DNA of 62,934 nucleotides, filler included, from Octopus bimaculoides (GCF_001194135.2; 5 parts of 5 records of this genome joined end to end with filler, not necessarily neighbours in it), one strand, 5' to 3'; counted from the first letter of the whole stretch, positions 35,863-49,788 are shown. Numbers and translations: made by a program. Notes: a model not told the origin generated them from the letters alone.

Positions 35863-37034
35863 GTATGCATATATATATATGTATGTATATATATATATAT
35901 ATNNNNNNNNNNNNNNNNNNNNNNNNNNNNNNNNNNNNNNNNNNNNNNNNNNNNNNNNNNNNNNNNNNNNNNNNNNNNNNNNNNNNNNNNNNNNNNNNNN
36001 NNNNNNNNNNNNNNNNNNNNNNNNNNNNNNNNNNNNNNNNNNNNNNNNNNNNNNNNNNNNNNNNNNNNNNNNNNNNNNNNNNNNNNNNNNNNNNNNNNNN
36101 NNNNNNNNNNNNNNNNNNNNNNNNNNNNNNNNNNNNNNNNNNNNNNNNNNNNNNNNNNNNNNNNNNNNNNNNNNNNNNNNNNNNNNNNNNNNNNNNNNNN
36201 NNNNNNNNNNNNNNNNNNNNNNNNNNNNNNNNNNNNNNNNNNNNNNNNNNNNNNNNNNNNNNNNNNNNNNNNNNNNNNNNNNNNNNNNNNNNNNNNNNNN
36301 NNNNNNNNNNNNNNNNNNNNNNNNNNNNNNNNNNNNNNNNNNNNNNNNNNNNNNNNNNNNNNNNNNNNNNNNNNNNNNNNNNNNNNNNNNNNNNNNNNNN
36401 NNNNNNNNNNNNNNNNNNNNNNNNNNNNNNNNNNNNNNNNNNNNNNNNNNNNNNNNNNNNNNNNNNNNNNNNNNNNNNNNNNNNNNNNNNNNNNNNNNNN
36501 NNNNNNNNNNNNNNNNNNNNNNNNNNNNNNNNNNNNNNNNNNNNNNNNNNNNNNNNNNNNNNNNNNNNNNNNNNNNNNNNNNNNNNNNNNNNNNNNNNNN
36601 NNNNNNNNNNNNNNNNNNNNNNNNNNNNNNNNNNNNNNNNNNNNNNNNNNNNNNNNNNNNNNNNNNNNNNNNNNNNNNNNNNNNNNNNNNNNNNNNNNNN
36701 NNNNNNNNNNNNNNNNNNNTATATGCATATGATGATTGCTTCATCTTGAGAGATGATAGCCGTCCCATCAACACACACACCACGTCCCATCACACAGTGC
36801 AGTCACTCCGTTAATGAGCCCTTAGATAACTTTTAAGACCAGCTGCTGACACACGTGACAGATATTCAAGTTTCTTTTATATCTTTGCCCGTTGGAATCT
36901 GATTCTGAAGAAAGGTTTTTGTGGACTAGCATATGTCTTTTAAGTCCTTATATTGTCTTACAAGATTTTTGACATACGACACAAGTCGTAAGAGGTGGTT
37001 GGTGTCCAAGATCATTACCTATCTGGGCAAAGTT

Positions 37035-37980
37035 ATTCAATAAAATCACCATTGGCTTCAACAACGGCCTCCAGACGACTTTGGAATCTCCTGTAACACT
37101 TCTGGACGGTCTCCTTGTTTAAGTTGGTTAGTTCATTTTTATAAGGATGTTATAAGGAGCTTTGTTGGTTTCTCGCTCAACTGCAGCCCACACATAACAA
37201 TGAAGGGGGTTACAGTCTCGGGAGTTAAGTAGCCAGATGTTAGGGTGATGTGGTCGCAGAAAATATCTGACAGCCATGACTAGGTTCACCTGCTTGTGTG
37301 ATTTGGTGCAGAGTCCTGTTGCCAGACATGGGGTGTTTCAGCAGCCACCCTTTTGACCCAGGGCAGCACTATCTCCTCCAGGCATTTGATGCAGGCTTCC
37401 GTATTGAGTATGAAGCTGTGTGGGAAGATGAATGGAGGTATAACGTCGCCATCACTAGTGATCACTCCAAACACCATGATGTTGACTGGATGTTTGATTT
37501 TTATGTTTTGGGGACACCACACATGTTTTGGGGACACGGCAAGGCAATGGTTGATCACCATCTAATCCTGGCAGGGATTTTTCTCGTTTCAGAAAAGTCA
37601 AACCATGTTTTGTTGAAGGAGATGCTTGAGTTTGTTCAAAAGCTTCGTAGCGCGGTCTTTCCTCTTATCCTGGATGGCTTGGTATAAAAACTGACCCTTT
37701 CTCATCTTGCAAGACGAATACCGAATGTCTTCATGCACCAACTGCCTGATAAAAATTCAGACGCACCCATGTCTCGAGTGATAGACTTCATTGACTTGGA
37801 GGGATCGTCGTCAATCATGGCCTGGATCTGACGAACAAATTCAGGAGTTCTTTTCTTATCAGAACGATCAGAGTGAGTTTTCCGAGCTGCCGTACCTTCG
37901 TAATTACCCTTAAACTAAGCTAACTCTTTCCGATTCCTCTGCACTATCCTCTTATTGACACCCAAACACTCTAAAATGTT
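37035..37980 (-). pseudogene. maT (DD37D-type) Tc1/mariner transposase relic
   Basis: KHPVNIMVFGVITSDG, WQQDSAPNHTS, about 37 residues to the NPL(D->H) position, and SRLEAVVEANGDFIE*. Contains stops and frameshifts. Confidence 0.8.
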
Positions 37981-39654
37981 CGGGTTCGACTTTGCCTTTC
38001 ATCGTTTCGAGGTGGATAAAACAAGTACCAGTCGAGCATTAGGGTCGCTGTAATGGACTTATTCTCTCTCTTGAAATTGCTGGCCTTGTGGCAAAATTTG
38101 AAATTTATATTATATATGTACAAATCTAAGTGTATGCGTATATATTTATTACGNNNNNNNNNNNNNNNNNNNNNNNNNNNNNNNNNNNNNNNNNNNNNNN
38201 NNNNNNNNNNNNNNNNNNNNNNNNNNNNNNNNNNNNNNNNNNNNNNNNNNNNNNNNNNNNNNNNNNNNNNNNNNNNNNNNNNNNNNNNNNNNNNNNNNNN
38301 NNNNNNNNNNNNNNNNNNNNNNNNNNNNNNNNNNNNNNNNNNNNNNNNNNNNNNNNNNNNNNNNNNNNNNNNNNNNNNNNNNNNNNNNNNNNNNNNNNNN
38401 NNNNNNNNNNNNNNNNNNNNNNNNNNNNNNNNNNNNNNNNNNNNNNNNNNNNNNNNNNNNNNNNNNNNNNNNNNNNNNNNNNNNNNNNNNNNNNNNNNNN
38501 NNNNNNNNNNNNNNNNNNNNNNNNNNNNNNNNNNNNNNNNNNNNNNNNNNNNNNNNNNNNNNNNNNNNNNNNNNNNNNNNNNNNNNNNNNNNNNNNNNNN
38601 NNNNNNNNNNNNNNNNNNNNNNNNNNNNNNNNNNNNNNNNNNNNNNNNNNNAGAAGAAGAAGAAGAAGAAGAAGAAGAAGAAGAAGAAGGATTTGGGTGT
38701 TTCGGAATACGGTTGGCAGATCAATTTGTAGAAAGTAGCACAAGATTTTCAAAAATTTCGAAGTTACGGTCAAGACCTCCCTTGAAAAAAATTAATAAAT
38801 ATGTACTCCACTAAAGGGTATTAAGTGAATTTTCAATTTACTATAAAATTGTTATCATATATAGCTTCACATAAAAAGCAAATATACACTACACACGTAC
38901 ACATTAAGTACAGGACATCACCAACGAGCGGAAAACACGTAAACACACGTCTAACTCCTCCTCAGTTGTCGACTGCTTATTACTCTCTGTTTCGAGCTTT
39001 CAACAACAAGATAGGAAAACTTCATAAGACAGCAGCATCCAGAAATTAAAAAAAATATAACATTTGTGGAGGTTAGGGCTTCGAACACTCGACAAAGACA
39101 AGCATTAAGGACCGTTAGGCCAAGTCGCAGTGTAATGGGTAACGCCTGGGAGAAATTTTGAAAGGATATAGAATAAATAGAAGAGAAAAAATGTCGGGAG
39201 GCGAGGGAAATGGCGTCCAGCTGGGTGGACGTCGCGTCCAGAAAAGACAGAGGTGAGAGAAATGACCTGTAGCCACGCGTGAGTAAACAGGCAGAGGGGA
39301 AGGAGGACAAGAGAGAGGATAAAGGAAAGAAACAAAGCGAGTGAGGAGATGGGAGAAGGAACGGGAGATAATAGGGAGTGAAAGAAAGACAGGGGACAGC
39401 AAAGAACGAGGGGGAGAAACGGAAAATGAAGAGGATTATAGAGGGATAGTAATTCTATATTGTAACTATATTTATCCTACGTTATATCTGCACAGCTCGG
39501 TGCGGCCCCAAAATCTGGTATTGCCAGTTGGTATCTTTAAGCTGTAACCGGCATAATAAAATAGCTTTTATATGCGTATTCAAAGAGTTTCCCGTAAACG
39601 AACTTAAAAGGTAAATACACACACACACACACACACACATTTATATTATATATA

Positions 39655-39963
39655 TACACTTTTACTCTTTTACTTGTTTCAGTCATTTGACTGCGGCCAT
39701 GCTGGAGCACCGCCTTTAGTCGAGCAAATCGACCCCGGGACTTATTCTTTGTAAGCCTAGTACTTATTCTATCGATCTCTTTTGCCGAACCGCTATGTGA
39801 CGGGGACACNNNNNNNNNNNNNNNNNNNNNNNNNNNNNNNNNNNNNNNNNNNNNNNNNNNNNNNNNNNNNNNNNNNNNNNNNNNNNNNNNNNNNNNNNNN
39901 NNNNNNNNNNNNNNNNNNNNNNNNNNNNNNNNNNNNNNNNNNNNNNNNNNNNNNNNNNNNNNN

Positions 39964-39998
<35 letters not shown>

Positions 39999-40165
39999 TA
40001 CGACGGGCTTCTTTCAGTTTCCGTCTACCAAATCCACTCACAAGGCTTTGGTTGGCCCGAGGCTATAGTAGAAGACACTTGCCCAAGATGCCACGCAGTG
40101 GGAATGAACCCAGAACCATGTGGTTGGTAGGCAAGCTACTTACCACACAGCATCTCCTGCGCCTA
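39655..40165 (-). mobile_element. SINE family A, full length, with a gap in the internal microsatellite
   Basis: Near-identical to 812-1096 and complete to the AAACAAGTAAAAGAGTAAAAG tail. Confidence 0.9.
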
Positions 40166-40254
40166 TATTTACCAAGCATGGCCGCAGTCTAATGACAGAA
40201 ACAAGTAAAATATAAGATATATATATGTATATGTGAGAGAGGGAGAGAGAGAGA

Positions 40255-40313
<59 letters not shown>

Positions 40314-40339
40314 NNNNNNNNNNNNNNNNNNNNNNNNGG

Positions 40340-40400
<61 letters not shown>

Positions 40401-40799
40401 GTATACGCGTACATACACACATATATTGGTTTCAAATTTTGACACAAGGCCAGCAATTTTGGATGAAGAGCTATCACTAATTTCATGGGATTCTTCTCAT
40501 TCACTTAGAATTTTCAATCAGTTACTCTAGTAAGGCTACAGATAACGCTATGTATTGGAGACGTTTACTTTGCATCTACGTTTGCTCGGTTTCAGGCCCA
40601 CTTCACAACAAATGAGACCAAATGTTTTAACTACTCATTTTGTTATTTAAACTCGATGCATTTCAGAACAAACTACTTCTTAACTATATATATGTAATAT
40701 ACCCTTTTACACCACAGATTTTGTGCTTATTAATTTATTTATTTATAGTAAAAGCTTTTCTTTGTTTTTAAAATAAATTGTCTTAAGCAGTCCAATTAA

Positions 40800-41605
40800 A
40801 CATAAAGGAAAAAATTAAATTCTGGTGACTTTATTCTTAGACGTCAAAATAGAACTCGGAGCGAAAGGAAGAGTTAGCAACATCAACCAATAATTTGGTC
40901 AGGGGACGCTCAGAGAACATACAGCCCCACATTGATTCAAATATTTTGTCGTAGCGACGAATGTATTGAAAATGAAGAAGGTTGCTAAAGACCTGCGATT
41001 ACCAACGACCAGTTGAGAGACAACCACGAAGCAAACCTACATAAAACAATCTGAGAGATTGTAGAAAGAACTAAACGTTAATCATTCAACAGACTTACAT
41101 TTGTATCGCAGTGGAATATGAAAATAGCTCGACAAATGGGTGCCATATGTGCTGCATGAAAATGAAAAAAATATCGGTTTTATGGCGGCGCTTCTTTTGT
41201 GCAACAGAACAGATCCAGTTCCTGACCGTATTGTGACACGTGTCAAAAAAATAGACGCTACACGACAACCGATGGTGTCTCGTGCAGTGATTAGACCAAG
41301 GTGAAGCACTAAAATACTTTCCCAAATCTAAGCCGCACCTAAAAACGATTATAGTCACTGTTTGGTAGTTGGCAAGTCGAATCATTTACCACCATTTTTT
41401 TAATCCTGTAGAAACCGTAACAGTAAATACCTATTGGAGGGAAATCGAAAGAACGCACCAAGAAATTTAACATTTACGTGCAAGCATTGCTCAATCGTAA
41501 AGCACGAATTCTTCTCTATGACAACACATGTCTCACAAGTTTTGTTACAGAAATTGAAAGAACTTGGTTACAGAACTATACCTTCTCCTATCTAACTCCG
41601 CAGTA
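40800..41605 (+). pseudogene. heavily decayed mariner transposase
   Basis: Across frameshifts: LDKWVP(Y/H)-L, DRIVT, QGEALKYFPK..VTVW, and QKLKELGY. Confidence 0.75.
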
Positions 41606-41669
41606 AAGATTCATTCTAAATTTTTATTATTTCTATTAATAAGATTTATTCTGATCAAAGAATAAATAT

Positions 41670-41885
41670 TGATTTCAAACTTTGGTACAAGGACAGCAAT
41701 TTTAGGGGTTGAGAGTCAGTCGATTACATCACCCCCAGTGGTCAACTGGTACTTATTTTATCGACCTCGAAAGGATCTAGAGAAAAGTCGACTTCGGCGG
41801 AATTTGAAGTCAAAACGTAAAGATGGATGAAATACCGTTAAGCACTTTGCCCGGCGTGCCAACGATCCTACCACCTCACCGCCTT
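41670..41885 (-). mobile_element. SINE family B
   Basis: Reverse complement matches 33982-34190. Confidence 0.85.
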
Positions 41886-42516
41886 ATCAGAGAATAAATA
41901 CCTCTTTAAAGTTTATGATTAAATTATTGTTTGCACCACTTTGACTCATCTTTGAATCGACCGAGGGTCTCTGAATGAAATTTGGTCGACAGAAACTATG
42001 TGGAGGCTTGTCGATGGGACCATTTTTATCCTTGGGTAGTAGATTTAATCTTTTGACACCACGTATCCATTAATTGCCTTTAGTGTGGTTGCTGGTTTTG
42101 GGCCTGATATCAGGTCTCAGGATAACTTCCTTATTTTTTCCCTACCAGCCTTGGACACTACTGAAAAGGTTCGTAGGTGCTACTCTTCTCTGACTCGTCA
42201 GCCCTTCTCAAAGTTTGTTTAAAAATCATGCATCAACCTTTAAAATGATTTTGTCAACGAGATTATAACTACTTTTCACAGGGCCAGTTTCTTTCGTGAG
42301 GATATATAATGAATCGAATTTATATTTAATCGATACATTTTCCATTTGTATGGTGGTAGTGTGAAAGCGTTTCATTGTTGACAATTATTGTTATTACAGA
42401 AGCTTTTTTGTATAAAGACATTTCCAAACGAAGAAGAAAAATATCTGTTTTAGCTTATAGAAATAATGCAATTTCATAATTTATAATCAGTTGTTTGTAA
42501 TGAATACTATTTGGAT

Positions 42517-43099
42517 CAGTGTTCTAAACCGGGGTCCATATGGCCACTGAGGGTACATATAAGATTGTTGGGGGGGGGGGGGTCCACGCAATAAAATAGT
42601 AAATTAGGGATCCACAAAAAATTTGCTTTAGATGTAAGTATTGGTAGTATTGCAAGGAATAGCTAGGTTTCTGTCTCTAATATTTTACATAGTTCAATCT
42701 ACGCAAGTTAATGTGTGATAAACAAGGTAGTAATTTGGAAAAAGAAGTTTCTATAAAACTAGTTTTTATACATCGAATAGCTATAGAGGTCCATATAAGA
42801 TTTTTGCGGTACACGCAACAAAATAGTAAATTGGGAATCCACAATGATATTTTAAGGGCCACTGAAGAAAGTTTGTTTTAGATGTATGTATTGGTATGTA
42901 TTGCGAGAAGCAGACAGATTTCTTTCTCTAACATTTTATAAAGTTCTACCTACACAAGTTAATGCGTGATAAACAAAGTAGGAACTTGGAAAGAAGTTTT
43001 TATAAAACTAGTTTTTAAACATCGAATGACCTTGGGGGTCCGCCGGAATAAGATAATAATCAAAGGAGTTTATAAATAAAAAATGGTTGAGACCTCCTG
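42517..43099. mobile_element. hAT (Charlie-like) MITE with ~240-bp internal tandem duplication
   Basis: Ends CAGTGTTCTAAACC and GGTTGAGACCTCCTG. Flanks ATTTGGAT and CTTTAGAT match at 6 of 8 positions. Internal units start at about 42552 and 42791. Confidence 0.7.
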
Positions 43100-44173
43100 C
43101 TTTAGATTATGGTATAAAACGTGAGCTATTTGTGTTAGAGTATAGTATCAAATTAATTTGACTAGGTACCACACAGTTTGTTTTGTTTTTTGTGCGAGTG
43201 CGATATAATGAAAATTGAGTATCAAAATGATAGTTTGCGTAGTCATAATCTTGGTGATTAGTCGAATTGACCTCGGAGAAGAGGAAACATGGAGGTTGTG
43301 ATGTTTATGGCTTTACCATTTTCACTAGGGAATTATTAATAATAACAGAGTAATATCGCAAAAAAAAAAAATGATAAATAATAATGAAAAAAAGTTCGGT
43401 CGTTGCATTCGCTTGTAGCACATTTCTGCTAATTTCTTCCAGATTTTTGCCTTGTTATATAAGTCTCTCTCTCTCTCTCTCTCTGTGTGTGTTTGCGAGT
43501 GCTTTCGTGTGTGAATNNNNNNNNNNNNNNNNNNNNNNNNNNNNNNNNNNNNNNNNNNNNNNNNNNNNNNNNNNNNNNNNNNNNNNNNNNNNNNNNNNNN
43601 NNNNNNNNNNNNNNNNNNNNNNNNNNNNNNNNNNNNNNNNNNNNNNNNNNNNNNNNNNNNNNNNNNNNNNNNNNNNNNNNNNNNNNNNNNNNNNNNNNNN
43701 NNNNNNNNNNNNNNNNNNNNNNNNNNNNNNNNNNNNNNNNNNNNNNNNNNNNNNNNNNNNNNNNNNNNNNNNNNNNNNNNNNNNNNNNNNNNNNNNNNNN
43801 NNNNNNNNNNNNNNNNNNNNNNNNNNNNNNNNNNNNNNNNNNNNNNNNNNNNNNNNNNNNNNNNNNNNNNNNNNNNNNNNNNNNNNNNNNNNNNNNNNNN
43901 NNNNNNNNNNNNNNNNNNNNNNNNNNNNNNNNNNNNNNNNNNNNNNNNNNNNNNNNNNNNNNNNNNNNNNNNNNNNNNNNNNNNNNNNNNNNNNNNNNNN
44001 NNNNNNNNNNNNNNNNNNNNNNGGAAATTACATTAATTATTTCAAATAAATTCGTTTGAAATAACGCCAACTACAACCGACAGCTAACAACAACAGCAAC
44101 AACAACAACAACAACAACAATAATTACAACTGCAAGCGTTATTTTCATTATTTGTAATATCATTGCAGTTGTA

Positions 44174-44235
<62 letters not shown>

Positions 44236-44265
44236 CATTATTATTGTTTTTATTATTATTATTAT

Positions 44266-44671
44266 TGAGTGCATTTCATCAAAGTGACATTAGGGTAAAA
44301 TATACGAAGCCCAGTATACCCATCATGACTACCCGTCTGCATCACAACCGTACGTGCGCAAAATGGTGATCTCATATCAAGATAAACAGCGCATGACCTC
44401 GCAGGTGGGGCCCAGTTAGAATTTTCTTCAGGTCGAGTAGCCCATCCCGCTCAAAAGGTTATCGAATAAGATTTGTTTAAGGATGATGAACAAAATACCC
44501 ATGTTTCCAAAGGTGAATTATTCAAATCCCTCAGAATTCCTCTCAACTCATGGCTATGATGCTCCCCCACTATGTCTGCTCGTGATCAGAGATGCACATA
44601 TCGTCAGCCACTAAGGGACATGCTCAACTGGTTAAGGTCAAACAACTGACAAACAAATCTGTGAGCCCATC

Positions 44672-44676
<5 letters not shown>
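44266..44676 (-). mobile_element. (TAA)n-embedded non-coding element, copy 3, 5'-truncated
   Basis: Reverse complement aligns to 8290-8760, and TTA/TAA tracts flank both sides. Confidence 0.85.
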
Positions 44677-44740
<64 letters not shown>

Positions 44741-44753
44741 CATCATCATCATC

Positions 44754-44786
<33 letters not shown>

Positions 44787-46488
44787 NNNNNNNNNNNNNN
44801 NNNNNNNNNNNNNNNNNNNNNNNNNNNNNNNNNNNNNNNNNNNNNNNNNNNNNNNNNNNNNNNNNNNNNNNNNNNNNNNNNNNNNNNNNNNNNNNNNNNN
44901 NNNNNNNNNNNNNNNNNNNNNNNNNNNNNNNNNNNNNNNNNNNNNNNNNNNNNNNNNNNNNNNNNNNNNNNNNNNNNNNNNNNNNNNNNNNNNNNNNNNN
45001 NNNNNNNNNNNNNNNNNNNNNNNNNNNNNNNNNNNNNNNNNNNNNNNNNNNNNNNNNNNNNNNNNNNNNNNNNNNNNNNNNNNNNNNNNNNNNNNNNNNN
45101 NNNNNNNNNNNNNNNNNNNNNNNNNNNNNNNNNNNNNNNNNNNNNNNNNNNNNNNNNNNNNNNNNNNNNNNNNNNNNNNNNNNNNNNNNNNNNNNNNNNN
45201 NNNNNNNNNNNNNNNNNNNNNNNNNNNNNNNNNNNNNNNNNNNNNNNNNNNNNNNNNNNNNNAAAAAAAAAAAAAAGCACTGAGGGACAAAATAAATAAA
45301 TAAATAAAATACAATGAAAAAGACACGCCTTTTGACTTAGAGAATGTTTATTTACTTCTCTGTTTGTTTGTTTATACATTATTTTATTTCAGTATTGTTT
45401 CAACGGTGAAGTAAATAATATTGCATTTCACTACAGTTATATCTGTATAATACTCAATGAAGAACATGGACGTTAGAATATAGAGCTTCAATTGTGAATA
45501 GTTAAAATTAGTTAAAAGCAAATCTCTGCGAGCTAGCGAGGGAGGCTTTCTCTTGGTCGCTCGCCCTGCTAGAAATAACGACTAAATTTCTTCAAATCAC
45601 TGCCCACTGCCTTAAGTAAAGAAGAAAAGACACATTGGACAATGTAACCCTCAATATTTAGTGTGCTTAAGGTGCTGTTGTACTCTGTCTCTCAATACAG
45701 GAGTCGATCTCTCATCAAGTGGTGAAGCAGCTCTGTAGGTGTTTCGACTCCTTCCGATGCGACACCAGAACTGCTTGGAGTCACCCACCGATTCAGGCAG
45801 CAAAACTCCCACACAACAACGCGAGTTTTGTTGAGACAGACGTTGCGACTCTGAGCCAGATGTTTCTATCATTCTCAAAGCTCGCTCATGCTGCGCCGCT
45901 CGTCCTCGCATTTGACCCAAACGTAACGGCTCGTTTTCTCATCGGCTTCCGACGATTTTCCGGCAATATTTTTTTTGTCCTCTTCACAACTAGCCCAAAA
46001 AGGCAGGATGATCACGGCTGTAACGACTTTGGCCTTATGTTTGCTCGATCACAACAGATCAATATGAAGAAGAACAACAGCTAAAGAATAACAACAACAG
46101 CTTTCAAACAAGGAAGGGTGCAGTATTTAATATAGTCACACATATCTCTAAAACGACTGGATGGTCACGGGTAGAACGCGTTTCATCATTGTTGTGTTTG
46201 AAAAGGTTTGATCTGATACTAAACAGAACAAATACAAAACCTTGAGTGTGTAAATAGTAAGGTCCTGACAAGATAGTCTCAAATTCACAATGAAACCATA
46301 TTATCTTCCTAATGTCTTTGGAAGAGGCATGAACTCTAATACCTATTGTTTTATTGGTTTTAGTGTTTGGACCGCGGCCATACTGTAACATTGCAACATT
46401 GCGCTTTGCCATTTTGTCGATATAGTAACAGATGAAAGGGATATAATTTGAATGAGCTAAATAATGTGAGGGACTTTTTTTTCGACTC

Positions 46489-46654
46489 TGTTGTGTCGAC
46501 GCCCCCAGGCGAAGAAGTAGGATCTCCTAAGACATATAAACAGAGGTAGTCTGGCCGTGGTAGGAGTGTTGAGTAGCAGTCGAGTAGCAGTTGTGTAGCG
46601 GTTGAGTAGAGATCATCCGAAGGTGCTAGATAGCAGTAGCGTTGAGACATAACA
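46489..46654. mobile_element. 166-bp solo LTR with 5-bp TSD
   Basis: GACTC|TGTTGTGTC...GACATAACA|GACTC: TG..CA ends, 9-bp terminal inverted repeat (1 mismatch), perfect TSD, and internal CATATAAAC. Confidence 0.8.
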
Positions 46655-47111
46655 GACTCATTGATTCTTTTTTGTTCATCGCATGTCTAACATATTACTC
46701 CAGTACTTTGTCTGGTACTTATTTTATCGATCTTCGAGGAGGACCACAGAGAAAATTATCCGTGGTGTCAAGAGATATAAATCGGACTGAATCAGATACT
46801 GCACAGCACATTTGTTCAATGCTCAACCGATTTTTGTTCATCGGATATCTCAATATCCAGTCAATTCCGCACAGTTCGTGACTACCAGATTTCATTACCA
46901 AAGCTTTAGTTGATGGAACACAAAACCACATGGCTGTAAAGATAGCTTCCTAAGCTCCAGACGCCGTTTGTCGAACAAGACCACAATTCCTTGGATCGAA
47001 TTGCAATAAAGTGTAGTGGATCAGAACCCAGAAATATATATAGTTCGAAGCGAATTTTTTAACCATGCAGTAATGTCTGTGTCATATCCTGGTATAATGT
47101 AAGTGTGTATG

Positions 47112-47735
47112 TGAAGGCGCATGGCTCAGTGATTAGAGCGTTGGACTCACAATCATGAGGTAGTGACTTCGATTCCCGGACTGGATTGTGTGTTTTGTTC
47201 TTGATCAAGACACTTTATTTCATATTACTCCAGTTCACTCAGCTGTAGAAATGAGTTGCGACGTCGCTAGTGCCAAGCTGTTTTGGCTTTTGCCTTTCCC
47301 TTGGATAACATCGCTGGTGTGGAGAGGGGAGGCTGATATGCATGGGCAACTGCTGGTCTTTCATAAACAACTCTTCCCGGACTTGTGCCTTGGTGGGGAA
47401 CTTTCTAGGTGCAATCCCATGGTTATTCATGACCGAAGAGATTCTTCGCCTTGTTTCTTTTTGTTTTTTGTCTGTCTGTCTGTCTGTCTGTATGTCTGTA
47501 TGTATGTATGTATGTATGTACATATGCATATGTGTCTCGCCTTTGTGTTGCGTCTGTTCTCCAACCACCGCTTGATAAGTGGTCATGGTTTGTTTATGTC
47601 CACGTACCTTAGTATTTCGGCAAAAGAAGCTGTTGGACTAAGTATCAGACCTGGAGTCGATTTGTTTGACTAGAATACTTCAAGGCGGTACTCCAACATT
47701 GTCGCAATCCAATGAATGAAACAAATAAAGCGATA
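47112..47735 (+). mobile_element. chimeric SINE: family C tRNA head, distinct body, microsatellite, family A right arm
   Basis: TGGCTCAGTG and TTCGATTCC boxes, then a CORE-like body, (TCTG)/(TATG) at 47470-47525, and 47545-47735 matching the family A right arm. Confidence 0.7.
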
Positions 47736-48387
47736 AAGGAATACTACACCGCTGAATGCAATTCTATATCTTAAAGGAGTCGTGGGCAAAAACTGTGGCT
47801 AGAGGGATTTTCTGCGTTACACTATCAACAAAAAATTACTTTCAGTCTTTTTTCAGTAGGGGCAGCCCGCCCCATGATGATGATACATATCTCAAGCGGC
47901 CCATTTCTCGAAAAAAAAAAGAAAAAACGTCAGCCCAAACCAAAAAATTCAATCACTTCACAGTATCATTTATCACATTTCCAGCACACCACCACCACCA
48001 CCATCACCACCAACAACAACAACAACAACTGCACCAACAACATCACCACCGCTAACAACACTATAACTGCTACTATCTCTATCACCGCATAATAAAACCA
48101 CACCCTACGATATCATTGCATACCATAACATCCTGCTATCCAACATTACCAAACACAAATGACTTACCACACGAGACCATATTACTACTCCTCCACTTCA
48201 CAGTCAAAAATATCCACCTCTTATATCCACCTCTAATATCATCCCACAATATCTTGGTATTGCTGAATAACAGCATAGTCTTGCTTTTGGCTCGCAGTGG
48301 TAAATGGGCTAACCGGATGCCATAAATACACATGCAATATGCATACATTCATAAATACGTAAGCGCGCGCACAGACGCTTAGACACA

Positions 48388-48443
<56 letters not shown>

Positions 48444-48466
48444 AATACACACACACACACATACAC

Positions 48467-48507
<41 letters not shown>

Positions 48508-49155
48508 CATATACATATTTATATATGTATATTTGTCTGTTCAGTATACACACGCAGAGATACAGACACATGCGTAAATATATAGACACACANNNNNNNN
48601 NNNNNNNNNNNNNNNNNNNNNNNNNNNNNNNNNNNNNNNNNNNNNNNNNNNNNNNNNNNNNNNNNNNNNNNNNNNNNNNNNNNNNNNNNNNNNNNNNNNN
48701 NNNNNNNNNNNNNNNNNNNNNNNNNNNNNNNNNNNNNNNNNNNNNNNNNNNNNNNNNNNNNNNNNNNNNNNNNNNNNNNNNNNNNNNNNNNNNNNNNNNN
48801 NNNNNNNNNNNNNNNNNNNNNNNNNNNNNNNNNNNNNNNNNNNNNNNNNNNNNNNNNNNNNNNNNNNNNNNNNNNNNNNNNNNNNNNNNNNNNNTATATA
48901 TATATATATATATATACATATATATACACGCACATACATATATATAAATATACATAATTCATAGATATATATATATGTATATATATGTATATGTGTATGT
49001 GTGTATATTTTATATATGCGCGTGTATGTATGTGTATGTTTTATGCAAACAAGTCAAAACGTTTTTGACTGGAATTCCTAGTCTATGCACTGCAAGCTTT
49101 ATGTTTCATGTACACAAACAAATGCACAAACACACGCGCGCGCACGCACGCACGC

Positions 49156-49206
<51 letters not shown>

Positions 49207-49430
49207 TACACACACACATGCATGTGTGTGTATGTGTGTGTGTGTATGTGTGTGTGTGTATGTGTGTGTGTGTATGTGTGTGCATGTGTGTGTGTATGTG
49301 TGTGTGTGTGTGTGTGCGTGTGTGTGTGTGNNNNNNNNNNNNNNNNNNNNNNNNNNNNNNNNNNNNNNNNNNNNTTAATTAATTAANNNNNNNNNNNNNN
49401 NNNNNNNNNNNNNNNNNNNNNNNNNNNNNN

Positions 49431-49476
<46 letters not shown>

Positions 49477-49486
49477 CATACACACA

Positions 49487-49527
<41 letters not shown>

Positions 49528-49788
49528 GGATTTAGAGGGATATATTATCTGGGCAGATAGGGTGTGTCTCTTAGTTAAGTTCCAAGTTACAGCTAACCTT
49601 GTCACTCACGCTGTAAATTCTTCCGATGGGTACTTCTGTGTGTCCGCTTCTTTGGACGGTAATATTACCCGGAGTGTATATTATCAATAAGTATAACGAT
49701 ATAGAATATGGAGACTCGTTCATCCTCAAAATTTATTTCTTTTTATTTCACAATTCAATAGAGCATTATTTCATGGTTATTACGAGCT

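Noticed and set aside
33670-47185. tRNA-like heads at 33670 and 47112 as tRNA genes
   Set aside because: No complete cloverleaf, and each continues into a SINE body.
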